From the NCBI GenBank assembly GCA_040954595.2, contig CM082598.2, forward strand, positions 6,897,097 through 6,961,096: a stretch of DNA of 64,000 bases, read 5' to 3'. A program made the translations under genes and the position numbers. The notes beneath the pieces were generated by a model. That model saw only the letters and a list, made by a program, of their open reading frames with translations, had not been told where the DNA came from and ran no database searches. This document shows, one piece after another, positions 39,724 through 52,900 of the stretch; the stretch's first letter is position 1; each line of letters opens with the position of its first letter. This DNA is from Balanoglossus misakiensis. Taxonomy: Eukaryota; Animalia; Hemichordata.

Positions 39724-41950
39724 GTGTATTGTAATACACTTATTTCTATTAAAACTGTAGATGGGTTTAAATTATTCTCAGAAGTATCAGAATGTTTGCT
39801 TTCTGTGGTAAAAATGTTTGAAAACAATAGTGACCATGATACAAGTAGGGAGAATCTTTATCTCCTGTGTGATAAATTGTCAATAGACAAGGCTCAGTTT
39901 GATGGTGTTGCAGCATACCCCTTGTGTCAGTCACATTCTATGATGGCAAAGAGGCAGGCCAATTGTGTATGTTCGTCGTGTTCAACTAGATGTGATAAAC
40001 GCACTGCACGTCGTGTACCTGAACTGTCCTTGTTGCAGAACTTCTATGCTGAATCTGGAACACCATTCATATTAAACGAAAGAAGCATAGTTTGCTTCAC
40101 ATGTTACAAAACAATTTATGATAACTGTGAAATTACAGTCTGAAATTCAGGCTGGATGTCTGATCTCAAAGGATGACGATTTGCGTGCTGTTGTTGAAAA
40201 GTTCAACAAACTTGTTGATACAGATCTGAATCGACTGAGTTAATCTCAGTTCTTTCTTGTTGCAATTAGTAAAACTATTTGTTACTTAGGTAATAAATTG
40301 TTGGATAAACATTCCTTACTTTTGCTTGATGTTAAAGATTATTTCTATGAAACCATTGAGAATAATTATAAATTGACAACAGTCAAACTTGAACCATTAC
40401 ACTATTATAAGAAAAATAATAGTTGGATATGACAGAGTTAACCCGTGAATTGTATCCTCAACACTTGTCTATTAAGTCATCAAGTAACCGGATATACTCC
40501 ACTCTCTTATATCAGTCTGGTGTGGACACCAAAATAGCACTTATCATTCATTGGACGAAAATAGACAACTTACTCTGTCATATAAGCATAACTGGCTACA
40601 CTTGAAGACAAAATTAAAAAAAAAAGTAGAATAATACAGACTTCTTTCACATGTTAGATCTGGTAGGGGACAAACTAAATTCTTTAATACAGAAACAAGC
40701 TGGTTTAGAGTTGGATTTTGAGAGATATTGTCACAGCATGTCTGCAAGAGATGATACATTCAAGTTCTGGTGTCCGTTTGTTAAGGAAGACTGCTTTGCA
40801 TATTGTTTTCTCCAGGACGCGCGAATGCGCGGGGCGACAATCGCCCCTCCGTGAGTAGCCCACCTGGCCAGTACATGCGCGTCCAAGCCTAGCCTCCATA
40901 GCATGCACTATCAGTCAAAACACTGGGAAAACGGCCGATATTACTGTGTGCTGGCCTATAAATTTTAACTTCCCACCCCCCAAAACTATGTTGTAGATGA
41001 CTTTCACATTCATTTACGTGTAATTTAGCACCAGGGCTGTAGTGTGCAATTGTTGGAACAGCCAAAGAGTTCTGTCTGTACACTGTCTAAATTGAGAGCA
41101 CACACTCTGCACTCAAGTGAACTTGTTGTTATGGCGACTTTTGAAATTGGGTTGGCAGAACGTAACAATGCAAATAAAAAGAACTGCGTTCATGCCATGG
41201 CGATTATCAAGAATGTATCAGTTTTCCATGACCTCGTTCTCTTACTTAGGAAAGAAAGTCATTCAATATGTACAGAGACTGTTATTTGAGTAGTGTGCCT
41301 AGCCACAGATGGGGAAGTGTAGGCAGAAATCTGAAGGAATATATACCACTTCAATTTATTTCACTATTATTGGTTTCACAATATAATATTTTGGCAACTA
41401 AACTGAAACTTTTAAAATCAAACAAGAAAATTTTCCCAGGTATATCTGGAGTTTTCCCACTGACTAGAGTACGTGACATTGAATAGAGGTTTGATTAATG
41501 TTTTTACTGGGGAGGTAGCAGACAAACTTGTCCAGGAAGACTTAATGGCCTGTAGGGAAACTGGAACGAATGACTTGATGGCATATGTCTGAGTAAGAAT
41601 CTTGTTTCAGCCTAGTACAGGTGCCCCAGTTGCTGGTAAACTGAAAAAAACAAAACAATAAAAACGGAGACAAAAAACAGAATTGTGACAGCATGTTTGA
41701 AAAAGCAAATAACTCACTCCAAGAAAACTAGGGAACCAGTAACATCACTGGAACAGTTTGTCGTCTTTCCAAGAGCAATTGCTCTCTCTGATGGTTCCCC
41801 TTATAAGAGTCAGAAAAGTAATGTGACCAAGATTCTTGCTCGAAATGGACAAGTATAATATGAAAATTTGTTTCATCAGGGATCGCTTTTTTCCTGCACA
41901 ATACAGAAGGATATCCTGCAATTATTTTTGATACTTCAGTTCTGTTCTTA
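39724..41950 (+). pseudogene. Heavily decayed DNA-transposon coding region, Academ-like transposase
   Basis: Broken plus-strand frames give a Cys-rich N-terminal piece, 'DDTFKFWCPFVKEDCFAY' (~40750), 'LINVFTGEVA...EDLMACRETG...ILFQPSTGAP' (~41490) and 'LEQFVVFPRAIALSDGSPYKSQKS' (~41748). Family assignment is from recalled motif similarity, not a search. Confidence 0.5.
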
Positions 41951-44361
41951 ATCATAATTAGGCAAGTTTTTACAGCAAAAGTAAAATCTGTCCAGCCATT
42001 TCACAGCTTGGATTTTACACTGCCGTGTAAACTTGCGTCTTCACCCCCGCAGCAGTAATACGCACTGTTAAGTGTGTAATTTATGTAATGTGTTAAATAT
42101 TTGTGAATTATTATCGCAAACAAAGTAACTGAATTATGTCAGCATGCTATTAAGTTTAAATTGAATATTTTGGTGTTCAAAAAACTGACAAAGCAAACGA
42201 ATTTCACCACAGTTTCATGACGTCCAATAGACGGAAGAGCCATACTGCTGTGACCTCAACGTGAGGTTACACACTGTAGAGGTCAACTTGTCTTCAAAGG
42301 GCGGAAAATGTTCTGTTTATTTTGCGCGCTGCCATTACACAAAGTCCTAAAAATATAGTGAGTACCCAGTTATTTAGCTTCAATAGTAATCCTTCAGCCA
42401 CCAAGTCGTCATTTTTTTTATCTTATTTGGTTTTGGAGTAATACCACATCGAAATCAGTCTGGAAACAGTCATGGGTAACTGGACATGTTTTATTGAGTC
42501 TAGCGTAAAAGTAGGTCATGTAAACCATGAACTGAAGTGTGAGTTTGTTTTGTTTACTTTTACAATTATTATAACACTGAACTTGAGCTGTGAAAAATAC
42601 GCTGTTCAGCGCTGTGTATCGCCTCATTCAAAATTTAACGGACGTGGCTCAGTTGATTGGATGTATGTGAATTAGGGCTTGGCTATTTGACTGTATTAGT
42701 CCCACCATGAACGACGTCCATAATCGCAAGTATCTCTCCTTGTACGTGGAAGCGATTAGTTCCACTTTGGGCGTAACACCCTGACTGTTTTGTCGATGTC
42801 GTCGCTCGATACTGCACAGATAAAATCAATCAACATGAATCGTTAAAGTTTAAGCTATGTATAGCTGAGTGCCAATTACTGTTAGCAACAATGTTGTTTT
42901 ACAATAATTGTTTAGTTAAGCGAGATGTCACTCAAAGGAGTGGGTGTGGCCATGGTGTTGTGATGTTATTCGCACATTAATTAAATATGTCGCTTTGGTC
43001 CAAAAACGCGATTTGTTCCAACACATTTTTGTCTCACTTAACGTCACTGCGTTTGGATGATACGATCAGAGTTGTTTTTTTTTTTTGGGGGGGGGGGGGG
43101 CAGAGTGGAAGATTCCTGTGTTCTCTCTGATAATTTAGCCCCAAAGTTACTATAGACTCCCCTATTAAGGATTTACGCGCAGAACATTTAAATGATACCA
43201 AGAGGCGATCATGCACTATCCTCGTCTAGTATCTAGCCGTCAACAAAACTAACATCTAGGTCAAGCATGCCACTGGCCCAATAAAACCTGATAGCCCTTG
43301 CTGGAAGTTGTGATCGTGCCTGGGGAGTGATGACTGCTGATAGTCTAAAGCTTGGGTTCCTGGGAAGGGTGCTAATTGCTCTGACTGACTTGATAACTCG
43401 ATACAATTAATGTGAATTAATTAAATGTTGACAGAATGAAGAGTGCAGATATGAAGTCAAGTTTGGCCCACATAACTTATTATGTTATGAGTTTCACTAT
43501 TTATGAAAAAGCTAATTAATTTAACCTTTACCCTACCGGGTGTCATAGCCCGTTGTGCTGCCGAGTCCTTCTGAGACCGCCTCCTTTTCGGTGTATGTAG
43601 AATCCGGCATTCTACACCCGCTGGATTACCAGGCTTTTTGCCTGAAAATTGGGTTTTTGGAGGGTCATTTTAGCTGCTTTTGAACGGGCTAGACTTCAAC
43701 TTTGGCACAGTCCCGTGTCGGCGGGACCTCAAACAACAATTAACCGGGTAAAAGTTGTTGGGTCATCGGGTTCGTTCCCCTGGGAGGGGAGCGTCTGTCA
43801 ATCGAGGCTTTTACGAAAGTAAAGTTAGTGTGTTAGTACACGCCACATCACGTCACAACAACGACACCATCAGTTATCAGTAGGGTACCCAGGGAGTACC
43901 GCCAGGGGTGTTCGGGCACCCCTTCTCCTGCCACTATCACATGAATGTCGCCAAAAACCAACACGAGAACATGGAATGGGAATTGTGTAATATTTATTCC
44001 AGCTGCCGCAATGTATTTTGCTTGACACATTATTTTTACATTTTGTGAATGGATTTTTCTTAGTTAAAATATGTATTTATGGCTGTGTACAAGAGAATCT
44101 GCAAAACTGATAACAGATTCATAAATACTCTGTGTGCCATCATGATTCTGACAAATACAGGCTTATTTTTCTTTGTACTGCAGCTTGTATTTACTTAGTG
44201 TTACTTATTAACTTTTTTTACAGATACAGTCTTCAAAATCAAATGATTAGCTACGCGACGCAATCCCAACAAAACTAACTTGCCAGTTGAACTCAAGACT
44301 GCAACATCGTGCGATGATGTAATTTGTGAATGTATTCAGAAGCAATGTTAATGACATAACA

Positions 44362-46934
44362 ATGGCTTCCCAGGAATATAAAGACCCACAGGTAAGTGAC
44401 ATTTGAACTGAATTTACGCCGTCTGTCTCATCATGGACGCCCATAATCTATCAACAGGTGTTTTAGAATAAATGTCCGTCTGCTGACATTATTCATGGTT
44501 CGGGTGAACTGAAACGTTTTATCAAATTGATGCAATATATGTGTGCTCACATTTGCATGTGGGCTCCAATTGCAAGTCAGCTTAAACCAGCCTTGTGCTA
44601 TGCGCGTTTTGTACCCCTAAAATATTAGTCCACAACTCTGACTTGTTCTGCTAGACATTAAACGATTGTCCAAACATCTGTGGAAAGGTGAATCAGTCTG
44701 TCAGTCAGTCAATCCATGAGTTCTGAGTGGGGTGTCTGTGTGGATCGAGAGACTGTGAGTGGGGCACACAACTTGTAACAATGACATCATTGAAACTTAA
44801 TTGTTGGACGTACAAAGTTTTGACTAGTAATAAACTGCTTGTCATATTTTATTATCACAATCCGAAGTTTTCAATCTATGTCGGTATTACTGTATAGTCA
44901 ATCATTCTAGAGTCTGATTAGTATCTCTACAGTGGCTCACTCCACATAGATACCAATTACCATATCAACAGACAATGACCTTTCTGACCTGTGCGAGTTC
45001 ATTCAAGGTGACACAAATGTCGAATGAAAGCGAAGGGTGTTTCAGCTGCACTCAGTTTAATGTCATGCTAACCTTTAATCACTTTGTTTTTGTAGCAATG
45101 ATAGAAAATTTATTCATGTCATTCTTGTTAGTGAAACATATTGTTTATCGACCACATTCTTGAACACCAATTGTGTCTGCAATAAAGTTATTGTGTTATT
45201 TCTCACATACCTACCACAGAAATTGCTAGAGAAAAACTACATAGGGAAGGTGCATACAGAATGACAAAAGGAAAATATATGAATGTAAAAAGATTGTGAA
45301 TTTCTACCCTCCCCTGGTGGTAATACACTCAGGCAAAATGGCTATCCATGTATGTTCCCAAAACTATCACGGAGAAAGGGGTGCTTTCCAGTTATCATCA
45401 CAGTCTTCAAAAATGATAAAAAATGGTACATCTTACAACAATGTTCAAATGAGATTTGAAATACAGATGGGTGACTATTAAACCAGAGTTCTTTGTATTA
45501 GAAACAATGGTCTTGCTTTGTATTTGTATTATGGCATTATCTGTCCCGGTTTTTGTAAATTAGGAGCTAAGGGGGCTTTTGTCTGATTTTCTTCTATATA
45601 TTCAGTATTTCATTCAGGATGGTATCAGCAGGGGGTATATGTCCCCCTTTGCCAGAATATTTGAGGGGGTTCCACTCTGGCAAAGGGGACTGTAATATCT
45701 TCAACATGTGAGTGACATCACTTTAAAGGGCACTGGTCCCCTTTGACAATTAAATTTCTAGGGGGTACCAACATGTCAATAGAGGGTGAATCCCCCATGC
45801 CCCCCCCCCCCCCCCCCCCCCCGTCTAGATGAAAAACTGATATTTCACAAATTGTCTTTTTTGTGGTTGAAAAATTCCTGGAAATGATTCGCGTCTGGAA
45901 ATTTCATGGAGAAGCAATGTCTATTTTCCCTAAGAGTGCCACCACTGGTTTTGTATTTCTGTTTTCCTGTTGCCCTTAGGAGATCTTGCTGTTTTGTCTT
46001 GGAGAAGAGTAATTGCGTTGTCTTTGTTTTCTCACACTATGATGTCATCATTTTGTATTCAAATTGACGTACATGATCATGTTTTGTCTGCATAATTCTT
46101 CATTAATGAAGATTTCAATCTTTTCCTTTTATATTACTGCTGTTTATGATTGCATTTGGGGAATATTTTGATAAAAGAAATGTTGCTTGTTGAATGTTAC
46201 AGGATCTCATTGATGCTGCAAAGAAGGGTGATGTTGCAAAGATTCAGTCGCTGATAGCTGATGGATATGATGTAAATGCAAGGGGTAAACACCAGTTCTG
46301 GGTAAGTGTTTTGTATTGATTGATGTTTAATACAGTCATCACCCAGGGCTAGTGTTCGATATTTTATTTTTCACGTGCAGTGCATGCAAAGAGCTTAATA
46401 AATTTGTGTGAAATTGTATTTCAATCACTAGTACATGCAACAAAATAATAATAGTCAGCCTGGGTGCCCGGTTAATAACAACTTGTAATGGAAATTTTGT
46501 TGAAATAAAATGGATTCTTGATACAAACAAGATATTTCTAATGTCAATTCTTCCACGAAAATTACACTTACCGACATTGGCATATCCGCTGCAAACAGTT
46601 TGCACCATGTTGAATATGCCCTCAACCAATAGGTATTTTAAGGTGTCAACTCTGGCATTTCAAATTCTCTGTGGCGGGAATTAATTCTCAACTGGGGCAT
46701 TTTTTAAGGTCCATCGCACTATTCTGTTTTCAAATACATCATTGCAGGTCGCAACGCCGCTTTCTATAGCACCCCTGATGCTGTTACTGTAGTAGCACTA
46801 GCTGAACCACATTGAACAAAAGAAATACTGTAGACTGACACCATTTTCACACTGGGTGAGACTAGAAACATTTCAGAGACACTGTATGTCATTTGTAAAC
46901 ACAGATGATGAATCTTTTGTACTGGTTTGTGTCG

Positions 46935-46967
<33 letters not shown>

Positions 46968-49900
46968 GTTAAAGCATAGACCCTGGAACTAGATCGCCCC
47001 ATAGACAATGTGTTGTGGAGAGATGTTAATCCTTTACACCACAGGTTTGGCCAGCAAAAATCGTCACAAATCTGAAATGTTCCACGACCACTTTAACTGT
47101 TCTCATGTAATATTTATGCCAGCATTTGACCAGAGACGTTTCAGAAACATTTCAATAGTCTCTGTGTGAATGCCATATGAGTGACTGGCTTTTCACACAT
47201 TAATAACACTGAATCAACTAGATTTCTATGAACTCCCAAAATACCACACACTCCCAAAGTGATATCACAACACCAAATTTAGATTGTGCAAAAACAGACC
47301 TACACTAGCCCACAAATATAAATAATCTCAATTCAGCGCGGACTGTTTTATCAACAGTTCCAGTTTTACCTAGTGTGAACATGGTATCAGTCTACAGTTT
47401 TGTTCATTGTGGTTCAACCACATGCAGTAGAATCTATCGAAATGGAACCCTGTCTTATCTGGAAAACTGTCTATAATGAACACATTTTCCTGTCCCTTTG
47501 ACATAGAACCACGTGTTAAAAGAACCTTTACAAACCGGAAACGTCTGTAAACTGAACAATTTTTTCTGTCCCTTTGGTGTTTGGTTTAGGCAGGTTTACT
47601 GGACATGTTTTTTGGTCATAGAGAATTGTCACTCAACCTCAGAAAATACCATTATTATGATCTTTCAGATTCAAATCTATATCAGTCTATTGCTGAAATA
47701 ACACACCATCGTAATCAAAACCATTATAACAATAGTGACTGAAGCTCATTGTGATGAAATTCCTAGAGTTTCTTCATCAACAGATCAAGCAGTTGACTCA
47801 CATTGCAAGTATCAGATTTGTGATGTCATTTTTATTCCAACATTAAACGTCTTTATTCCAGGATGATTCCACAGCATTGCATGTAGCGTCCTTCGAAGGT
47901 AAATTGGATGCTGTCAGGGTGTTGATTAGCCATGGTGCATATGTCAATGTGGAGAATGAGGTACGTGAACTGACTTATCACTTTATTATGGATAACGTGG
48001 CCACACAATTGGATATTTAAAAAATGCCTTTGAAAAAGACCTAATTACAACACTCTTATTTTCATCCAAAATTACTTTGCATGATCCAAATTCAATGGGA
48101 AGAAACAAGCTAACCCCTGAACAAGAAGAGGGAAAGGCCAAATTACCCATACTAATTTAGTTTTACCTTGGGATCCTGCCATAGGAAGGACAGTATAGGA
48201 CGCATTGTACTCTAAATGTAACAATCTTTACAATTTGGCAAAAGAAGTTGAACCATAGTGTATTTGACACAGTTTGTGCCTAATGAATAAATATGTTCCA
48301 GAAAGTAAATTTTGATGGATTTTTAGGTCCCATTGGTATAGGCCTATATACCATGGGACCTTATGGGATGGGTTGCGTCTGTATGGATGTATGTATGGAT
48401 GTATGTATGTATGTATGTATGTCTGTATGTCCGTCCACATCAAAAACTTGAAAACCGCTGCGCGTATCACCTTGATATTTGGTGTGCAGATGCAGGCTGG
48501 GCTGTAGATGGGAGTTTGTCCAAACGAAGTTGCCAGGCCCAAAAATATGCAAATTAGCCAGTAAAATGTGAAATTTATCAAAACTCTGAAAGTCAACAAC
48601 TACTGGTCAGATTGCTTTAAAAATTGGTATGCATGTACCTTATGTCAACCTCACATCGACCTGTAAGTGTTAAGTTAATATCATGGATGTTTTAATTTTT
48701 ATGAATTTTTTAGTATTTTTATTTAATTTATACCTTTACTTATACCTCTATGGTTAAGCTATGTCCACGTCTTATTGTGGAATTCTGGTCTGTGCAATAG
48801 TCCTGTACAGTGACTGTCTATTGGTCAGTGAGCACAATGGGGCCAAAATAAAAGGCAAATTTTTGGGCTCACCTGTAACACCTATTTAACACATTAATTA
48901 TGTGCATACCTAATTCCGGGCTAACTAATAGGGCTAGAGGTTTCGTTCTTGTGGGACCTGGACCAGTATAGTGTCAAAATTTCTTGCCCAAATTTTGGGT
49001 GACCTCAGGTAACCTTTGACCTACTTTCCTATATCTCGGCATCCAGAGCAGGTACAGACTTGGCGTTTGGAGGGTTGGGACTAAAATTGAAAAGCCAAAA
49101 TATGGGTCACCTGTGACACCTGCATATCTCATTAATTATGTGCATACCTAATTCCAGGCTAACCAATAGGGCTATAGGTTTGGTTTTTGTTGAACATGGA
49201 CCAGTATAGGGTCAAAATTTCTTACCCAAATTTAGCATGACCTCAGGTGACCTTTGACCTACTTTTCCATATTTTGGCATCCAGAGCAATTACAGACTTG
49301 GCATTTGGAGGGTTGGGACTAAAATTGAAAAGCCAAAATTGGGGGTCACCTGTGACACCTGCACATCTCATTAATTATGTGCATACCTAATTCCAGGCTA
49401 ACCAATAAGGCTATAGGTTTGCTTTTTGTTGAACATAGACCAGTATAGGGTCAAAATTTCTTGCCCAAATTTTGCATGACCTCAGGTGACCTTTGACCTA
49501 CTTTACCATATCTTGGCATCCAGAGCAGGTACAGACTTGGTGTTTGGAGGGTTGGCACTAAAGTTGAAAAGCCAAAATTGGGGTCACCTGTGACACCTGC
49601 ATATCTCATTAATTGTGTGCATACCTAATTCCAGGCTAACCAATAAGGCTATAGGTTTGGTTTTTATTGAACATGGACCAGTATAAGGGCAAAATTTCTT
49701 GCCCAAATTTTGCATGACCTCAGGTGACCTTTGATCTACTTTATCATATCTTGGCATCCAGAGCAGGCACAGACTTCGCATTTGGAGGGTTGGGACTAAA
49801 ATTGAAAAGCCAAAATTTGGGGTCACCTGTGACACCTGCATATTTCATTAATTATGTGCATACCTAATTCCAGGCTAACCAATAGGGCTATAGGTTTGGT

Positions 49901-52900
49901 TTTTGTTGAACATGGACCAGTATAAGGTCAAATTTCTTGCCCAAATTTTGCATGACCTCAGGTGACCTTTGACCTACTTTTCCATAGCTTGGCATCCAGA
50001 GCAGATATGCTTATTGCTATGTTGCTATGTCCTCAAATGGGACCACAGTGTCCTTGACGCTATTTTTTTGTGTTTCACCAAAGTTCACAAATTTTCATTT
50101 TTTTCAAGCCATCTCTGAAATTTTCCTGGCAATCTTTTTTTTTAAATCTTCCAGATCCCCTCCATCCCTAGCTAAGGTATGGAGTCTAAAACATCCAATG
50201 TTAAAAACTATATGACCAGTCAAAGCGTTTTCCTCGCTGTTAGAATCAATTGAGATTCTTCACTGTCATTCTTTGATCTGTATTCACTTTAACAGTCGGC
50301 AATTTTCATTTTGTGTGTGTGGAAGGACTGTGGATTATCCTTTCAAATCAGTCAGTATGCCATTCTTGATTGTTTTTGCAATATGGCTGATACTTTTGAT
50401 ATTTTTTTATTTATTTGTAGGTTTGTTTGTTTGTTTACACCTCGCATTTAAGTGTTTATTTGTTTGTTTTAAGAAACCTCACATTACATTTCAATTTTTG
50501 TGACATTGTTCCCATGCTTCTCCTTCATTACTTACAGGGTGGAGACACACCTTTGCATAATGCAGCGCTAGCAGGAGTTGTTGGTGAAGGCTGTGTCAGA
50601 CTGTTATTGGAACACAAAGCTGATGTAACCATACAAAACAAGGTAAATACCAACCTGACTTCTGCAGGTTAATTCTAAAAGTATGAGCTTTCTCAATAGT
50701 GCCATTTCCTCTGTAGTTTTCTTAGTAAATTGTGTCTGGGATACAATGTATCTATTTGTCCATTGCCCTTTGAATTAAAACTGCTCCCTCTATCGGTCAG
50801 GTGTTGTACAGGCAGGTGTTGACTGATGACAGTCCATGCCAATCCTATCACTGAGAGTATCAGATAGGGCGATTGTCTGTCAGCCTCCAGCATCTGCCAA
50901 CTCCTGTCTGTCACCTAATACAATTCATCATAAGGAAGCGCCATATAATTTGTCACTGTCCTTTGAATCAAAACTGCTCCTTCTATCAGGGATGGTGTTG
51001 TACAGTCCAGGCTAGTATTGTTTCATGATGATGATGTGATTGTCTCTCCTATCTCTGAGACATTTGATCTCCACTGTCAGCAATTTGGAGTTATGAGAAA
51101 GGGGGATTGTCTCCAGCATCTGCCAAAAACTGTCTCGTTGAACATAAGGATGTTGTTGTTTTGTGCATTGTTTATCGTCAATCTTTTGTGGTTTAAATAA
51201 TAATCTCATCATTGGACTCTGTGGCACAGCGATTTCTGTCTGTCCTTCTGAGAGAAATTGAATCCAATGATATGAAATTTTGTATGTAGCATTGTTATGA
51301 TAAGTTCTAGATCTGATAAAATTTTGGTGGGTATGGCTTATTAATAAATTTTCCTTTGCATATTTGTGTGTGGTCGAACGTAGATTCACTACATACACAT
51401 GTAGAATAACATAAACAGTGTCTTGTATCAAACATAATTAATGGAAAAAGGGAAGCAAAAGAGAGACTTTGTCCCTTTAATATTCAGGAGTTTACTTTTC
51501 TTGTTTACGTACACTCTTATAACCATTGGAAATCTTGAGAATGGCTATTACATCAAGTTGACAACACCCGCACAAGTACATCATGTACATAAACAAAAAT
51601 AGTCTGGTGTGTGGAGCCGCCTCCCCTTTTTACAGGAAGTACTTTCGAAATATTTTTTATGCAATCAGTCCACACTCATGATCAGTTTTGTGTCAAAATT
51701 ATAGTCATAGCAACATTTCGAGTAAGACTTTACCAGAAGAACTTGTTTTCGTTTCGGCTCTGATTGGGGCCGTTTTAAACTGGGGTTTGTTTGGCGACTT
51801 TTAGGACTGAAGAACGGAAGCGCAGCCATGGTCACATCACACATGCCATGGGGGGACTTGCTGGGGTCGGGGGTGCTTGTTGACGGTGCCGAGAGGAGTT
51901 GGCCAGTTTTAGCTTGTACTTCAGGCCGAATAGTGCAGTGCCGACCCTATTTACCTCTTATAAACTTTATAAAATATAATAAATTGTAACACTAAATTGT
52001 TCAGTCGGATGATTTTTTTCATCATTCTGAGTAACACGGCGGCAGCATTTGGATTGCTCTTTCTCTAGGAAATAGCTCAAGCTTATAAAACATGAGGTCT
52101 GTGCGGCTCCGCTCCACAGCTTCTCATCACTGTCCGTCACTTACCCAATCATTTCAAAGGGGTGATCAAGATGGCCAGAACAGCCAATTGTAACCAACCA
52201 GGTTCAAGAACCTGAGAAAAGGTGCTAAAAGCATACAGTAGATATATTGACGAGATTAACATTGGGAACAGTAAGGGAGGTGTGACTGGTCCAACCTGTT
52301 CAGATTTAGTGTGGGGCACAGCTGGAATGGTTACACAAATGTTCTTGAAAGTTAGTGCTACTGTGGCTTTCAATGGAATCTCTTATGAAGAGTTTTGTTT
52401 CTTTTGTTTGTTCTTGATATGTCATGAAAAGAATGACTGCATTCAGCATTTCATTGCATTTAATTTCATTTACCACACATTCCCATTGGCCACAGTGTCC
52501 ACTCAAGTCTTGCTTTGGTTATTAGACTTTCTTCAGATGGATTTATTTGTGAAATTCAAGTATTTTATTTAAACACTACTTATACAGATAACTAGTGACA
52601 TCACTGCACAACTCTACTTGATATTGTTGGATTTATCGCTTGTCACAGCTTGGCTACTTTGTGCTTAGAACAGTCTGATGCCCTCCTAGAGGAAATAAAC
52701 ATAGTTTGGTTAGCATAGATGTTTGATCTATTTCTACATTAATCTTTACATCTCTCAAATTTCTCTTTAATTTCCCCTTTGATTGACATCGTCCAGTCTG
52801 CACAGCTTGGCTACTTTGTGCTGAGAACAGTCTGATGCCCTCCTAGAGGAAATATACATAGTTTGGTTAGCACAGATGTTTGATCTGTTTCTACATCATT

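Noticed and set aside
43521-43850. Possible piggyBac-like end TTAA|CCTTTACCCTACCGGG in a GC-richer patch
   Set aside because: No convincing partner TIR or second TTAA could be placed.
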